Assembly: GCA_963789495.1 (NCBI GenBank)
Contig: CAWBLP010000031.1
Span: 118,679-182,678, forward strand
DNA length: 64,000 bases
Direction of reading: 5' to 3'
From: an uncultured Alphaproteobacteria bacterium
GTDB lineage: Bacteria > Pseudomonadota > Alphaproteobacteria > Acetobacterales > Acetobacteraceae
The notes below the pieces were generated by a model. It ran no database searches and was not told where the DNA came from. It saw nothing but the letters and a program-made list of their open reading frames with translations. The number at the start of each line of letters is the position of its first letter. The first letter of the stretch is position 1. Of this stretch, positions 28,390 through 38,395 are shown one piece after another. A program made the position numbers and the translations under genes.

Positions 28390-29426
28390 GCCAGCGTCTC
28401 GCCACGCGTATCGGCGGACTCATCCTGCCCAACCCGCTGATCTGCGGTTCCGGCGAGCCGGTGATGACCGAAGCCGGCATTCGTGCCGCGCTGGCAGCCG
28501 GCGCTGCGGGCGTGATCGCCAAATCAGTGAACGAGCGGCCGGACGCAGCGCGACAACTGGACCGCGCCGACTATGCGCAGCTCGACGCGACCGGCACGCC
28601 GGTGGCACACGGCGTGTCGATCTTCTGCCGCTCCGGCCTGATACAGCGCGATCCATCAGACTGGTTCGCCGCGCTGGCACCACTCGATCGTGACGCCGCA
28701 CGCGACGGACGTTTCATTGCCGCCAGCATCGTGCTGGCCGGTGCCGATGGCGCGGTCGCGATTGCCGATCTCGCACGCCGCGCCGGGCTGCGCGTGTTCG
28801 AGTTGAATGTCGGCGCGCCGCACGCCTCCGAGGCGACACCCGGCGCGATCGTGCAGGAGACCGATCCGGCGCGCCTCGGCGAGCTGGTGGCGCGGGTCCG
28901 CGCCGCAACCGACGGCATGGCGTTGTGGGTGAAACTCACCGGCCTGTCCTCCAACCTTCCCGCATTGGCGCTGGCCGCATCCGAGGCCGGCGCCGACGCC
29001 GTGTGCATGATGGGCCGCTTCATGGCCATGATGCCCGACCTCGACACATTCGCCCCGGTGCTCGGCACGTCCGGCGCCTATGGCGGCGGCTGGGCGCTGC
29101 CGATCGTGTGCCGGTTCCTCGCACTGAGCCGCCGCGCCGTCGGCTCACAGTTCCCGCTGCTCGGCACCAACGGCGTGCGCAGCGGCGGCGATGTCGCGCG
29201 CATGGCGCTGGCCGGCGCCTCCGCCGTGGAAGTGTGCTCCGCGGTGATGCATGAGGGCTTCGGCGCAATCACCCGCATGATCGACGAACTGGATGCGCTG
29301 CTCGACGCGCGGGCGATGCACTTTGCCGATCTGGTGGGACGTGCCGCGGACGCGCTGCAAGGCTACGCGGAGCAGCCGGAACGGCCTGGACGGTGGCGGG
29401 ACTTCGTGCCTGCGGAGTCACGGTAA
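28386..29426 (+). CDS. Dihydroorotate dehydrogenase-like (class 1 DHOD/DHPD fold) oxidoreductase
   Basis: ATG 28386 overlaps the preceding stop (ATGA). LILPNPLICGSGEP, FELNVGAPH and GTNGVRSGGDVARMALAGASAVEV fit the DHOD-like TIM barrel. Confidence 0.65.
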   Translation: MSQRLATRIGGLILPNPLICGSGEPVMTEAGIRAALAAGAAGVIAKSVNERPDAARQLDRADYAQLDATGTPVAHGVSIFCRSGLIQRDPSDWFAALAPLDRDAARDGRFIAASIVLAGADGAVAIADLARRAGLRVFELNVGAPHASEATPGAIVQETDPARLGELVARVRAATDGMALWVKLTGLSSNLPALALAASEAGADAVCMMGRFMAMMPDLDTFAPVLGTSGAYGGGWALPIVCRFLALSRRAVGSQFPLLGTNGVRSGGDVARMALAGASAVEVCSAVMHEGFGAITRMIDELDALLDARAMHFADLVGRAADALQGYAEQPERPGRWRDFVPAESR

Positions 29427-29457
29427 GCAGGCCCGATATCCGCGCTGGTGACGGGAT

Positions 29458-29603
29458 GCCGCAAAGGTCGGGGGCGTTGCCCCGCCCCCCAGCAAATTCT
29501 CGCATTTGCAATCGGAGTCGGTTCCAAGGGCCGGGCCCTTGGCGGGGATGCAAGGGGCAGCGCCCCTTGATGGGGGTTTCGGGGGCAACGCCCCCGACGC
29601 TTT
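29458..29603. repeat. Dispersed GC-rich palindromic element (MITE/REP-like), copy 1, short form
   Basis: Bounded by inverted GCCGCAAAGGTCGGGGGCGTTGCCCC ... GGGGCAACGCCCCCGAC. Internal hairpins ccaagggccgggcccttgg and caaggggcagcgccccttg are shared with copies at 35.4, 43.0/44.4 and 48.6 kb. Confidence 0.85.
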
Positions 29604-29647
29604 CCTGCGTTCAATGACCGCGCGAGAATGCGTGGAAGACCGACCGG

Positions 29648-30106
29648 CTAGAACGGCAAAGGCGAATTGTCCTTCACCTCCTTCATCACGAAGAATGTGC
29701 GTGTCTGCCGGATCCCCGGCAAAGCGAGCAGTTTCTCGCCATGCAGCTTGTTGAAGGCGGCGATATCCCGCACGCGGATCTTCAGCAGATAGTCGAAGTC
29801 GCCGGCCACCAGGTGACAATCGAGAACAACGGCAAGGCCGGCGATCGCCGCCTCGAACGCGGCAAAGCTCTCGGGCGTGGAGCGATCCAGCACCACGCCG
29901 ACCATGACGACGACCCCGAGGCCGACCGCGTCCGGGCGGAGATGAGCCCGCACGCCGGTAATCAGGCCGGCGTCGAACAGGCGCTGCGTCCGCCGATGGC
30001 AGGTTGCCGGACTGACATTGACCAGCTTCGCGAGATCCACGTTGGGCAATCGGCCATCCCGCTGCAGCGCGCGCAGGATGTTGCGATCGATCCGATCGAT
30101 GTCCAT
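29648..30106 (-). CDS. acdR: Lrp/AsnC-family transcriptional regulator (AcdR-type)
   Basis: 152 aa from ATG 30106 (MDIDRIDRNILRALQRDGRLPNVDLAKLVNVSPATCHRRTQRL). Divergent from acdS. The rest of the 526-aa ORF is shadow sequence. Confidence 0.85.
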   Translation of the reverse strand: MDIDRIDRNILRALQRDGRLPNVDLAKLVNVSPATCHRRTQRLFDAGLITGVRAHLRPDAVGLGVVVMVGVVLDRSTPESFAAFEAAIAGLAVVLDCHLVAGDFDYLLKIRVRDIAAFNKLHGEKLLALPGIRQTRTFFVMKEVKDNSPLPF

Positions 30107-30268
30107 GCTGGAAGATCCTTCCAATCCGTTGCTCCCATTGCTGCGAAGTGCATATGATAACGCCGAATTCCGAAAGAACTTCCATAAATCCCCGGCGAAC
30201 TTGCAAGCACCTCGCTCGGCTCCAATGCTATCTTCGACCCCGGGATCAGCGATTGGGAGACCGCCGTC

Positions 30269-31282
30269 GTGCTGGAGAAATTCGAACGTTATCCGCTTAC
30301 CTTCGGTGCAACCCCGATCGAGCATCTGCCGCGGCTCTCGGCGGCGCTGGGCGACACGGTCGCGATCTACGCCAAGCGGGAAGACTGCAACTCCGGCCTG
30401 GCGTTCGGTGGCAACAAGCTGCGCAAGCTGGAATACATCGTGCCGGATGCGATCGCCTCCGGCGCCGACACGCTGGTCTCGATCGGTGGCGTGCAGTCCA
30501 ACCACACCCGCATGGTCGCCGCGGTTGCCGCCAAGATCGGCATGAAATGCGTGGTGATTCAGGAAAAATGGGTGCCGCACTACGACGCCGTCTACGACCG
30601 GGTGGGCAATATCCTGCTGACCCGGCTGATGGGCGCGGACAGCCGGCTGGTTGAGGACGGCTTCGATATCGGCATCCGGAAAAGCTGGGAGGACGCGATC
30701 GCCTCGGTGGAGCGGGCCGGCGGCAAGCCCTATCCGATCCCCGCCGGCGCCTCGGTCCACAAATATGGCGGCCTCGGCTATGTCGGCTTCGCCGAGGAGG
30801 TCGCCCGCCAGGAGCGCGATCTCGGCTTCCGCTTCGACTACGTCATCGTCTGCGTGGTGACCGGTTCCACCCAGGCCGGCATGATCGTGGGCTTCGCGGC
30901 GCAGGACCGGGCCGACCGGGTGATCGGCATCGATGCCTCCGCCACCCCTGCGCAGACCCGCGCGCAACTGCGCCGGATCGTCGACAACACCGCGCAATTG
31001 GTGGAACTCGGCCGCGCGGTGCGTGACGACGAGATCATCGTCAATCCGGATTACGCCTATCCGGCCTATGGCGTGCCCAGCGAGGCAACCAACGACGCGA
31101 TTCGCCTCGCCGCCCGCACCGAGGCCATGATCACCGACCCGGTCTACGAAGGAAAATCCATGCAGGGGCTGATCGACCTCGCCCGCAAGGGGTTCTTCCC
31201 GCGGGGATCGCGGATCCTCTACGCCCATCTCGGCGGCGCCCCGGCGCTGAGCGGCTATTCCTACTACTACAAGGACGGTTGA
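30269..31282 (+). CDS. acdS: 1-aminocyclopropane-1-carboxylate deaminase
   Basis: 337 aa, GTG start. PLP lysine context [10 protein letters not shown]; GGVQSNHTR; DPVYEGKSM (Tyr-Glu pair) and YAHLGG (Leu). These are recalled as discriminating AcdS from D-cysteine desulfhydrase. Confidence 0.85.
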   Translation: MLEKFERYPLTFGATPIEHLPRLSAALGDTVAIYAKREDCNSGLAFGGNKLRKLEYIVPDAIASGADTLVSIGGVQSNHTRMVAAVAAKIGMKCVVIQEKWVPHYDAVYDRVGNILLTRLMGADSRLVEDGFDIGIRKSWEDAIASVERAGGKPYPIPAGASVHKYGGLGYVGFAEEVARQERDLGFRFDYVIVCVVTGSTQAGMIVGFAAQDRADRVIGIDASATPAQTRAQLRRIVDNTAQLVELGRAVRDDEIIVNPDYAYPAYGVPSEATNDAIRLAARTEAMITDPVYEGKSMQGLIDLARKGFFPRGSRILYAHLGGAPALSGYSYYYKDG

Positions 31283-31386
31283 GCGGCGCGGTCACCAACC
31301 CATCGCCGGCTGACCCGCGCACCGGTCGACGGCCGTGATGGCGGCTAACGGAGCCTGGCCATCCGATGAAGCTCTGCGAGGGACGG

Positions 31387-31463
31387 TGGGGCGAGCAACG
31401 GGACTCGAACCCGTGACATCCAAGACCACAACCTGGCGCTCTACCAACTGAGCTATGCCCGCC
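31387..31463 (-). tRNA. tRNA-His (anticodon GTG) with encoded G-1, C73 and CCA
   Basis: Minus strand: G-GCGGGCA-TAGCTCAGTTGGTAGAGCG-CCAGG-TTGTGGT-CTTGG-ATGTC-ACGGGTTCGAGTCCCGT-TGCTCGC-C-CCA. Folded by hand into a cloverleaf; G-1 pairs with C73. Confidence 0.93.
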
Positions 31464-31914
31464 ATCCGGGGCCGGGGTTTTGCCTTCTCAGGCCGTCAGC
31501 GTCAATGCACAGCCCCGCGGTCCGCCGGCTCACCCGCGACGGCGTGGCTCGTGCGGCACACCGGCGCGGCGGGAGATCCGGGGGGCGCTGGGCCGAGCGA
31601 TCCCATAGTGCGCCACGCAAGCCGCGTTGGCCGCCGATCAGCGCAGCGGCAAACACGCCAGCACGGCGGCGCTTGGGAGGCCTCCCCAGGACACTGGTTG
31701 CGCAGGCGCAGGCGGAAAACCCGCCGGTGTGACGCGGCTCGGTCGGAGCGGCCGCGCCCGGCATTGGTTCGTTGCCGCCACGGCGTCTGCCATTGGGGTT
31801 GCGGATGTGTGCACTGGCGCCATCTCCCCAGCGAGACGGCGGCGTGGCTTGCACCCGCCCAACGCCGGGACCACGCTGACCGCCAATCAAGCCAAACAAC
31901 GAGGAGCCTGGAAC

Positions 31915-32784
31915 ATGTCCGACGCAGCCGAGTACACGCCACCCAAGGTCTGGATCGCCAAGCCGGCTCTGGGCCGGTTCGCCAACATCAACCGGCCGGT
32001 GTCGGGCGCGACCCACGAGAAGGAACTGCCGGTCGGCAAGCACCCGCTACAGCTCTATTCGCTCGGCACGCCGAACGGCGTGAAGGTCACCATCATGCTG
32101 GAGGAGCTGCTGGCCGCCGGCCACACCGGCGCCGAATACGACGCCTGGCTGATCCGCATCAGCGAAGGCGAGCAGTTCGGCAGCGGCTTCGTCGCGATCA
32201 ATCCCAACTCCAAGATCCCGGCGCTGCTGGACCGCAGCGGGCCGAAGCCGATCCGGGTGTTCGAGACCGGCGCGATCCTGATGCACCTGGCGGAGAAATT
32301 CGGCGCCTTCCTGCCGACCGACGAGACCCGCGCCGAGTGCCTGTCCTGGCTGTTCTGGCAGATGGGCAGCGCGCCTTATGTCGGCGGCGGGTTCGGCCAT
32401 TTCTACGCCTATGCGCCGGTGAAGATCGAATACGCGATCGACCGCTTCACCATGGAAGCGAAGCGGCAGCTCGATGTGCTCGACAAGCGGCTGGCGGATA
32501 ACAAGTACCTGGTCGGCGACAGCTACACGATCGCCGACATGGCGGTGTTTCCCTGGTATGGCGGGCTGGTGAAGGGCTGGCTGTACGGCGGGGCCGAGTT
32601 CCTTGCAGCGCAGGACTACAAGCACGTGAACCGCTGGGCGGACATGCTGCTGGCACGGCCGGCGGTGCAGCGCGGGCGCATGGTGAACCGCGTGCAGGGC
32701 GAACCGTCCAGCCAGTTGCACGAGCGGCACGACGCCAGCGATTTCGAGACCAAGACCCAGGACAAGGTCGCCGCCGCGGAGTGA
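31915..32784 (+). CDS. yghU: Glutathione S-transferase, YghU-like (Nu class)
   Basis: ATG 31915 is preceded by gaggag. HPLQLYSLGTPNGVKVTIMLEEL, INPNSKIPALLD, LFWQMGSAPYVGGGFGHFY. Confidence 0.8.
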   Translation: MSDAAEYTPPKVWIAKPALGRFANINRPVSGATHEKELPVGKHPLQLYSLGTPNGVKVTIMLEELLAAGHTGAEYDAWLIRISEGEQFGSGFVAINPNSKIPALLDRSGPKPIRVFETGAILMHLAEKFGAFLPTDETRAECLSWLFWQMGSAPYVGGGFGHFYAYAPVKIEYAIDRFTMEAKRQLDVLDKRLADNKYLVGDSYTIADMAVFPWYGGLVKGWLYGGAEFLAAQDYKHVNRWADMLLARPAVQRGRMVNRVQGEPSSQLHERHDASDFETKTQDKVAAAE

Positions 32785-32805
32785 GCCTGGGGGCCGCCTG
32801 ACGGT

Positions 32806-33150
32806 GCGGGCGGCAGTAAAGGCAAGCATTCACCACGGGGGATGTGGAGAGCCACGGCGGGCCACGGAGAAGGTAACTGCTGCTGCGCGCAGCGTCTTTC
32901 TGCCTACTGCGTGGCCGCCGTGGCCCTCATTCTTGCTGCGTGGTGAAATGCTTTCCTGTTACGGCCGAGTTCCTGGCAATGCGGGCGGCAATAAGGGCAA
33001 GCATTTCCCACGGAGGACGTGGCGCGCCACGGGGGGCCACGGTGACGGCAAGTTGCTGCTGGGCACAGCGCTTTTTCTCTGCTCCGTGGCGCTCCGTGGT
33101 CCTCGTTCTGCCTCCGTGGTAAATGCTGTCCTGCCTGTTGCCGCGTCGAA
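32806..33150. repeat. Two tandem about 175-bp units, each an extended imperfect palindrome rich in CCACGG/CCGTGG
   Basis: Unit starts gcgggcggcagtaaaggcaagcatt (32806) and gcgggcggcaataagggcaagcatt (32981). Within a unit, aagcattcaccacg pairs with cgtggtgaaatgctt. Confidence 0.8.
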
Positions 33151-33237
33151 CACCGGACTTGCCAGATGGCATCGCCTCGCCGACGCTTGAGATGACGGTC
33201 GACCACGGCGCAATCCCACGCTCAGGACACCCACGCC

Positions 33238-33997
33238 ATGCCATTCTACCAGAGCAAGAATGTCCGCATCCGTTATGAAGAGACCGGCAGTGGCTTTCCA
33301 CTGCTGGTGATCCCCGGCGGCGGCCTGAATTCGCGCGTCAGCAACTGGCCCAGTGCGGCGTTCAACGCGATGGAGGTGTTCAAGCGTGACTTCCGCTGCA
33401 TCACCATGGATCAGCGCAACGCCAATGGTGGCGAGTTCGACCGGGCCCATCGCCATCGATGATCCGTGGGGCGCGTTCGCCGATGACCAGCTCGGGCTGA
33501 TGGATCATCTCGGGATTAAACAGTTCCTGTTCATGGGCTACTGCATCGGCGGCTGCTTTGCGCTGAAGCTGGTGGAGCGCGCACCGGACCGCGTGGTGGC
33601 AGCGGTGCTGTGCCAGACGGTCGGCCACCGGCCGGAGGACCCGGACGTGATGTACCGCTCCGGCCGCGACGTCTGGGCACCGGAATTGCTGGCGCGGCGA
33701 CCGGATGTGACGATGGCGACGATCGAAGCCTATCTGCATGCCCTGTATCGGGGGCGGCCGGATTTTGTCTACAGCGTGTCGCGGGACTTCGTGCGGGCCT
33801 GCCAGACGCCGATGCTGGTGATGCCGGACGACACGCCCTCGCATCCGCTGCAGACCTCGGTCGATGTCGCCGCGCTGGCACCGCTGGCAGAGGCGACGGT
33901 GTTCCCATGGCGGGAGCCGGCCGCGTTGAAGGCGCAGACGATCGAGCAGGTGCGGACGTTCCTGCGCGGCCATGTGCCGGCATCAGCCACCGCCTGA
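33238..33997 (+). pseudogene. Alpha/beta-hydrolase-fold protein interrupted by a +1 frameshift near 33440
   Basis: ORF 33238-33462 (MPFYQSKNVRIRYEETGSGFPLLVIPGGG...DQRNANGG) continues colinearly in ORF 33353-33997 (...STGPIAIDDPWGAFADDQLGLMDHLGIKQFLFMGYCIGG...). Confidence 0.75.
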
Positions 33998-34133
33998 CAA
34001 CGCGGCGTCGGACCCGTCGTGACGGAGATCCCGCCGATGCATGGCAGCGGCAGAGCCTCGACCGGGTTGCCCCAGAACCTCATTCATCGCTAGCAATGAG
34101 CGTCGAGAACAGCGGCGTCAGGGAGAGCGGTTC

Positions 34134-34823
34134 GTGGAACTCATCGATCTAAGCCGGGAGCTGTTTCACCGGACTCAGGTGCATCCGTCGCACCCGCCGG
34201 TCATCGTCACCGTCTGGGGCGATCACAGCGAGAAGAAATACGCCGGCAATACCGTGTTCACCTCCAAGGCACTGTCGATCGCGTTTTCCGACCACGCCGG
34301 CACGCATGTCGACGCGCCGGTGCATTTCGATCCGCGCCCGGAGGCACTGTCGATCGACCAGGTGCCGCTGGAGAAATTCTATACCGAGGCGATCTGCCTC
34401 GACCTGTCGCATATCCCGCTGAAACACGCAGCCACCGTGGCGGAGATGGAGACGGCGCTGGCCGCGTCCGGGCAGACCATCCGCCCCGGCGACACGGTGC
34501 TGCTGCACATGGCCACCAACGACCGGCTGCTGGGCAAGCCAGGCTACCTGCACGACTTCCCCGGCCTGGCGATCGAATCGGTGCACTGGCTGGCGGATCG
34601 CGGCATCGGCATGTTCGGCGTGGAGGCGATCAGCCCCGCCCCGGAAGGCGAGCTGAACTACCTGGCCCATATGGCCTGCGCCGAACGCGGCATTACCCAC
34701 GTGGAATGCCTGGCCAACCTGGACCGGCTGGTGGGCCGCGGCCGGTTCCGCTTCATCGGCTTTCCGCTGAAGATCCGCGGTGGCACCGCCAGTCCGATCC
34801 GCGCCGTCGCCGTCCTGGACTGA
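34134..34823 (+). CDS. Cyclase-family protein (kynurenine-formamidase-like)
   Basis: Probable GTG start at 34134 after gggagag. HxGTHxDxPxH motif as DHAGTHVDAPVHF. Confidence 0.75.
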   Translation: MELIDLSRELFHRTQVHPSHPPVIVTVWGDHSEKKYAGNTVFTSKALSIAFSDHAGTHVDAPVHFDPRPEALSIDQVPLEKFYTEAICLDLSHIPLKHAATVAEMETALAASGQTIRPGDTVLLHMATNDRLLGKPGYLHDFPGLAIESVHWLADRGIGMFGVEAISPAPEGELNYLAHMACAERGITHVECLANLDRLVGRGRFRFIGFPLKIRGGTASPIRAVAVLD

Positions 34824-34829
34824 CCGGCC

Positions 34830-35315
34830 GTGCTGGATATCGAGATCGCCATGACCATCCGGCGCACAAGGCGCGATGTCGCAGCGGTCATGTTCAACCC
34901 ACGCTACGATCCGATCTGGATCCGCAGCGTCAGACAGGCCCGTCCGCTCACCCCCGGCCCGCTGCGCCAGGGCTCCCGCCTCGAACGCGAGACCAGTCTG
35001 CTTGGCCGTCCGGTCAGTGGCATCGTGGACGTGGTGGAGTTCGTCACCGACCGCTCGATGAAACTGGCCGGCGTGCCGCCGCTGGGGCTGCAGGTGCATT
35101 ACACGCTGGAGGGCATTCCCGAAGGCACCATCACGCGCATTCATGCCCAGGGCACCGTGAAAGGCATGCTCCGCATGGCGGAACCCGCCTTTGCCGCGCG
35201 ACTGCGCGGGGCGATCATGCGTGACCTGGAACAATTGAAGGCGCTGGTGGAAAGCGGCGGTGGCCGTAACCTGAAACCGATGCCCTGGAACGACGCCGCC
35301 GAACTGCCGATTTAG
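34830..35315 (+). CDS. SRPBCC-superfamily (polyketide cyclase/START-like) protein
   Basis: 161 aa. Size and beta-rich pattern with a C-terminal helix (AARLRGAIMRDLEQLKALVE). Family call is tentative. Confidence 0.55.
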   Translation: MLDIEIAMTIRRTRRDVAAVMFNPRYDPIWIRSVRQARPLTPGPLRQGSRLERETSLLGRPVSGIVDVVEFVTDRSMKLAGVPPLGLQVHYTLEGIPEGTITRIHAQGTVKGMLRMAEPAFAARLRGAIMRDLEQLKALVESGGGRNLKPMPWNDAAELPI

Positions 35316-35361
35316 GCAGTGCTCCACGGCCCATGCCACCCCGGCTGCATTGGGGGTGGGT

Positions 35362-35617
35362 GCCGCAAACGTCGGGGCTTTGCCCCGAACCCCACCAGGG
35401 GCTTTGCCCCCTGCACCCCCAGCAAAGGCACAGCCTTTGCAATCGAAATTCGTTTGGGGTGGGAAGCGGGCGTGACGGCCTCGGACCACGCGGCCATCAC
35501 GGAACGCCCCTCCCCACCCCAAACATATATGGTTCCAAGGGCTGTGCCCTTGGCGGGGATGCAAGGGGCAGCGCCCCTTGCTGGGGGTGCGGGGGCAACG
35601 CCCCCGACGCTTGCGGC
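35362..35617. repeat. Dispersed GC-rich palindromic element, copy 2 (long form)
   Basis: GCCGCAAACGTCGGGG ... CCCCCGACGCTTGCGGC termini. Internal agcaaaggcacagcctttgcaatcg, ggttccaagggctgtgcccttggcgggg and caaggggcagcgccccttg. Confidence 0.85.
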
Positions 35618-35653
35618 ATCCCACCTCCAAAGCGGCTGGGTGGCACGGGCCGG

Positions 35654-36412
35654 TCAGGCGAACGGATCATCCGGGTAGTGCACGGCGCTCAGGCACAGGC
35701 CCTCGGCCGGCGCTGTCGGCCCACCGGCGGCGCGATCGCGTGCGGCCAGGGCGATGGCGACGCGTTCCACCGGCCAGTGCCGATCGCCAACCAGTTTCAG
35801 CGTGCCGGCCAGGTTGCGGACCTGGTGATGCAGGAAGCTGCGCGCCTCTGCCACGATCTCGATCTGCTCGCCGCTCCGCATCACATCCAGCCGGTCCAGT
35901 GTGCGCAGCGGACTCTTCGCCTGGCAGGCGGTGGCGCGGAAGGTGGTGAAATCGTGCCGGCCGAGCAGGGTCTGTGCGGCGCGATGCATGGCCGCCTCAT
36001 CCAGCGGCGCCGCGACATGCCAGACCCGGCCGGCCAGCAGCGCCGGGCGGGCGCGCCGGTTCAGGATGACATAGCGATAGGCGCGGCGGACCGCGGAGAA
36101 CCGTGCATTCCAGCCCTCCGGCGCCCGGGCGGCGCGCAGCACCACCACCGGGTGCGGCTTCATGTGGAAGTTCAGCGCCTCGCGCAGCCGTTCGGGCGCG
36201 AGCGCGGAGGCCAGCGTAAGCTGCACCACCTGGCCGGCGGCATGCACCCCGGCATCGGTGCGGCCGGCAACGATGGTGGTGACCGGGGCGCCGCCGCTGA
36301 GCCGCGCCGCCGCGGTTTCCAGCACCTGCTGGACGGACAGACCCGCGGCCTGGCGTTGCCAGCCGACGAACGGGGCGCCGTCATATTCCAGCAACAGCGC
36401 CCAGAGGCTCAT
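35654..36412 (-). CDS. truA: tRNA pseudouridine(38-40) synthase
   Basis: 252 aa. YDGAPFVGWQRQ and GRTDAGVHAAGQV (catalytic Asp context). Confidence 0.9.
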   Translation of the reverse strand: MSLWALLLEYDGAPFVGWQRQAAGLSVQQVLETAAARLSGGAPVTTIVAGRTDAGVHAAGQVVQLTLASALAPERLREALNFHMKPHPVVVLRAARAPEGWNARFSAVRRAYRYVILNRRARPALLAGRVWHVAAPLDEAAMHRAAQTLLGRHDFTTFRATACQAKSPLRTLDRLDVMRSGEQIEIVAEARSFLHHQVRNLAGTLKLVGDRHWPVERVAIALAARDRAAGGPTAPAEGLCLSAVHYPDDPFA

Positions 36413-36415
36413 CGG

Positions 36416-37387
36416 TCAGGCAGTGGCGGACGCAGGGCCACCGCGCACGACGCCGGGTGACACAGGGTCACCCAGCACGACGCCCGACGCGACCGGATGT
36501 CCGCGCAGGAACGCCGGCGCGTCCATGGCGGCGCGTCCGGTGCGTTGCACGCGGGTCAGCCGCAGCGCGCCCTGGCCGCAGGCAACGGTCAGGTCGGTGT
36601 CAAGCACCGTGCCGGGCCGGGCCGGATGCGCCCGGTCGCCGGCCGGCACGATCTCGGCGCCGAGAACTTTCAGCGTTGCGCCGGCCAGGGTGGTGAAGGT
36701 GCCGGGCCAGGGGTCGTAGGCGCGCATCTGGCGCTCGATCGCTGCGGCGTCCTGGGTCCAGTCGATCCGTCCATCCTCGCGGGTCAGCTTGGGCGCGTAG
36801 GTCACGCCCTCGGCCGGTTGCGGGATCGCGGTCGGCTGTTCCTCCAGCGCGCGCAGCACCAGGCGCGCGCCCAGTTCGGCGAGCACGTCATGCAGCCTGC
36901 CGGTGGTGTCGGTGGGACCGATCGGCACCGCCTCACGCAGCAGCATCGGTCCGCTGTCGAGGCCGGCCTCCATTTGCATGATGGTGATGCCGGTGGCCGC
37001 GTCGCCGGCGCGCACCGCGGCGTGGATCGGTGCCGCGCCACGCCAGCGCGGCAGCAGGCTGGCATGGATGTTGAGGCAGCCGCGCACCGGCGCGTCCAGC
37101 ATCGCCTGCGGCAGGATCAGCCCGTAGGCGGCGACCACCGCAACATCCAGCGCCAGGGCTGCGAACGCGCGCTGCGCCGCTTCATCGCGCCGCAGCCCGA
37201 CTGGAGAGCGCACGGTCAGGCCCAACGCCTCCGCCGCCACCTGCACCGGACACGGCTGCACCGCCTGGCCGCGGCCGGCTGGCCGGGGCGGCTGGCAGTA
37301 GACCGCGGCAATATCGTGTCCCGCGGCATGCAGCGCCCGCAGCGCCGGCACCGCGAAATCCGGACTGCCCATGAATGCGAGGCGCAT
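36416..37387 (-). CDS. fmt: Methionyl-tRNA formyltransferase
   Basis: 323 aa. [32 protein letters not shown]. Conserved def-fmt-truA order. Confidence 0.9.
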   Translation of the reverse strand: MRLAFMGSPDFAVPALRALHAAGHDIAAVYCQPPRPAGRGQAVQPCPVQVAAEALGLTVRSPVGLRRDEAAQRAFAALALDVAVVAAYGLILPQAMLDAPVRGCLNIHASLLPRWRGAAPIHAAVRAGDAATGITIMQMEAGLDSGPMLLREAVPIGPTDTTGRLHDVLAELGARLVLRALEEQPTAIPQPAEGVTYAPKLTREDGRIDWTQDAAAIERQMRAYDPWPGTFTTLAGATLKVLGAEIVPAGDRAHPARPGTVLDTDLTVACGQGALRLTRVQRTGRAAMDAPAFLRGHPVASGVVLGDPVSPGVVRGGPASATA

Positions 37388-37396
37388 GTCCGGGTC

Positions 37397-37960
37397 CTAC
37401 CGTGCGCCGTCCCGCTTCTGGCGCTGGTCCTTGGCCAGCCGGCGCATGATCATGTTGCGCTTCAGCGACGAGATGTGATCGACGAACAGCACGCCGTCGA
37501 GATGGTCGATCTCGTGCTGCAGACACGCCGCGAGCAGCCCGTCCGCCTCGATTTCCTGCCGCAGGCCGGCCGCGTCGCGGTAGCGCACCTTCACCCGCGC
37601 CGGGCGGGTGACGTCGGCATATTGGCCGGGCAGCGACAGGCAGCCTTCCTCGCGCGTCGCCAGCTCGTCGCTGATGCCGACGATCTCCGGGTTGATCAGG
37701 CCGATCGGCGCGGGCGCGTTGTCCGGCATCAGGTCGATCACCACGACGCGCAACCCGTGATCGACCTGCGGCGCCGCCAGGCCGATCCCCGGAGCGCGAT
37801 ACATCGTGGAGAACATGCGCGGCAGCAGGGCGCGCACCGTCTCGTCGTCGCCCGGGCCGACCGGGCGCGCCCGCGCGCGCAGCGACGGATGCGGCGCGAT
37901 CAGGATCGGCAGCGTGTCGGCTTGGTCGCGGATCAGGCTATCGGGTGGCATGACGCGCAT
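37397..37960 (-). CDS. def: Peptide deformylase
   Basis: 187 aa. GIGLAAPQV, EGCLSLPG and QHEIDHLDG motifs. Confidence 0.92.
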   Translation of the reverse strand: MRVMPPDSLIRDQADTLPILIAPHPSLRARARPVGPGDDETVRALLPRMFSTMYRAPGIGLAAPQVDHGLRVVVIDLMPDNAPAPIGLINPEIVGISDELATREEGCLSLPGQYADVTRPARVKVRYRDAAGLRQEIEADGLLAACLQHEIDHLDGVLFVDHISSLKRNMIMRRLAKDQRQKRDGAR

Positions 37961-38149
37961 GTAGCGGTGCGCTGCCCGCCGATCAACGGCGGACGCGGCA
38001 CCGGAGGCTGCAATGGGCCACGCAGGCCGCCCGAATTGCCGACCGGTTCGCCGAGTGGTTGCCGAACCCCAAGGTTGCGCCTAATACCGGGCCGCCGGCC
38101 TGCCCTCTGCGTATCGTCCCGCGGGTTTCGGACGACAGGATTCCGCCCG

Positions 38150-38395
38150 ATGTTGCGGCTCTTGGAGGTTGCTCTCTTCCTCCTTCCCTTTGTTGCCTTG
38201 GCACTCTGGCGCCTCACCGCGCCGGTGGGCGGGCCGTCGCCGCGTTTCATCGTCCTGGTGGGCGTGGTGCTGGTGCTGCTGGCGGGCGGCATGGTGTGGT
38301 TCAGCCGCGAACACAAGCTGCCGAGCGGCGCCGTTTACGTGCCGGCCGAATTGCATGACGGGCGGCTGGTGCCGGGGCGCGGGGCGGCGCCGTGA
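38150..38395 (+). CDS. Small membrane protein (two predicted TM helices)
   Basis: 81 aa. MLRLLEVALFLLPFVALALW ... FIVLVGVVLVLLAGGMVWF. Its stop overlaps the GTG start of cca (GTGA). Confidence 0.55.
   Translation: MLRLLEVALFLLPFVALALWRLTAPVGGPSPRFIVLVGVVLVLLAGGMVWFSREHKLPSGAVYVPAELHDGRLVPGRGAAP

Noticed and set aside
31464-31914. 450-bp gap between tRNA-His and the GST gene, checked for a small gene or integrase-less island junction
   Set aside because: All ORFs there are Arg/Ala/Pro-rich shadows. I saw no attachment-site-like direct repeat of the tRNA 3' end.
36497-38149. First 551 codons of the 632-aa plus-strand ORF
   Set aside because: This part is antisense to fmt and def. Only the last 81 codons (38150-38395) look like a real small membrane protein.
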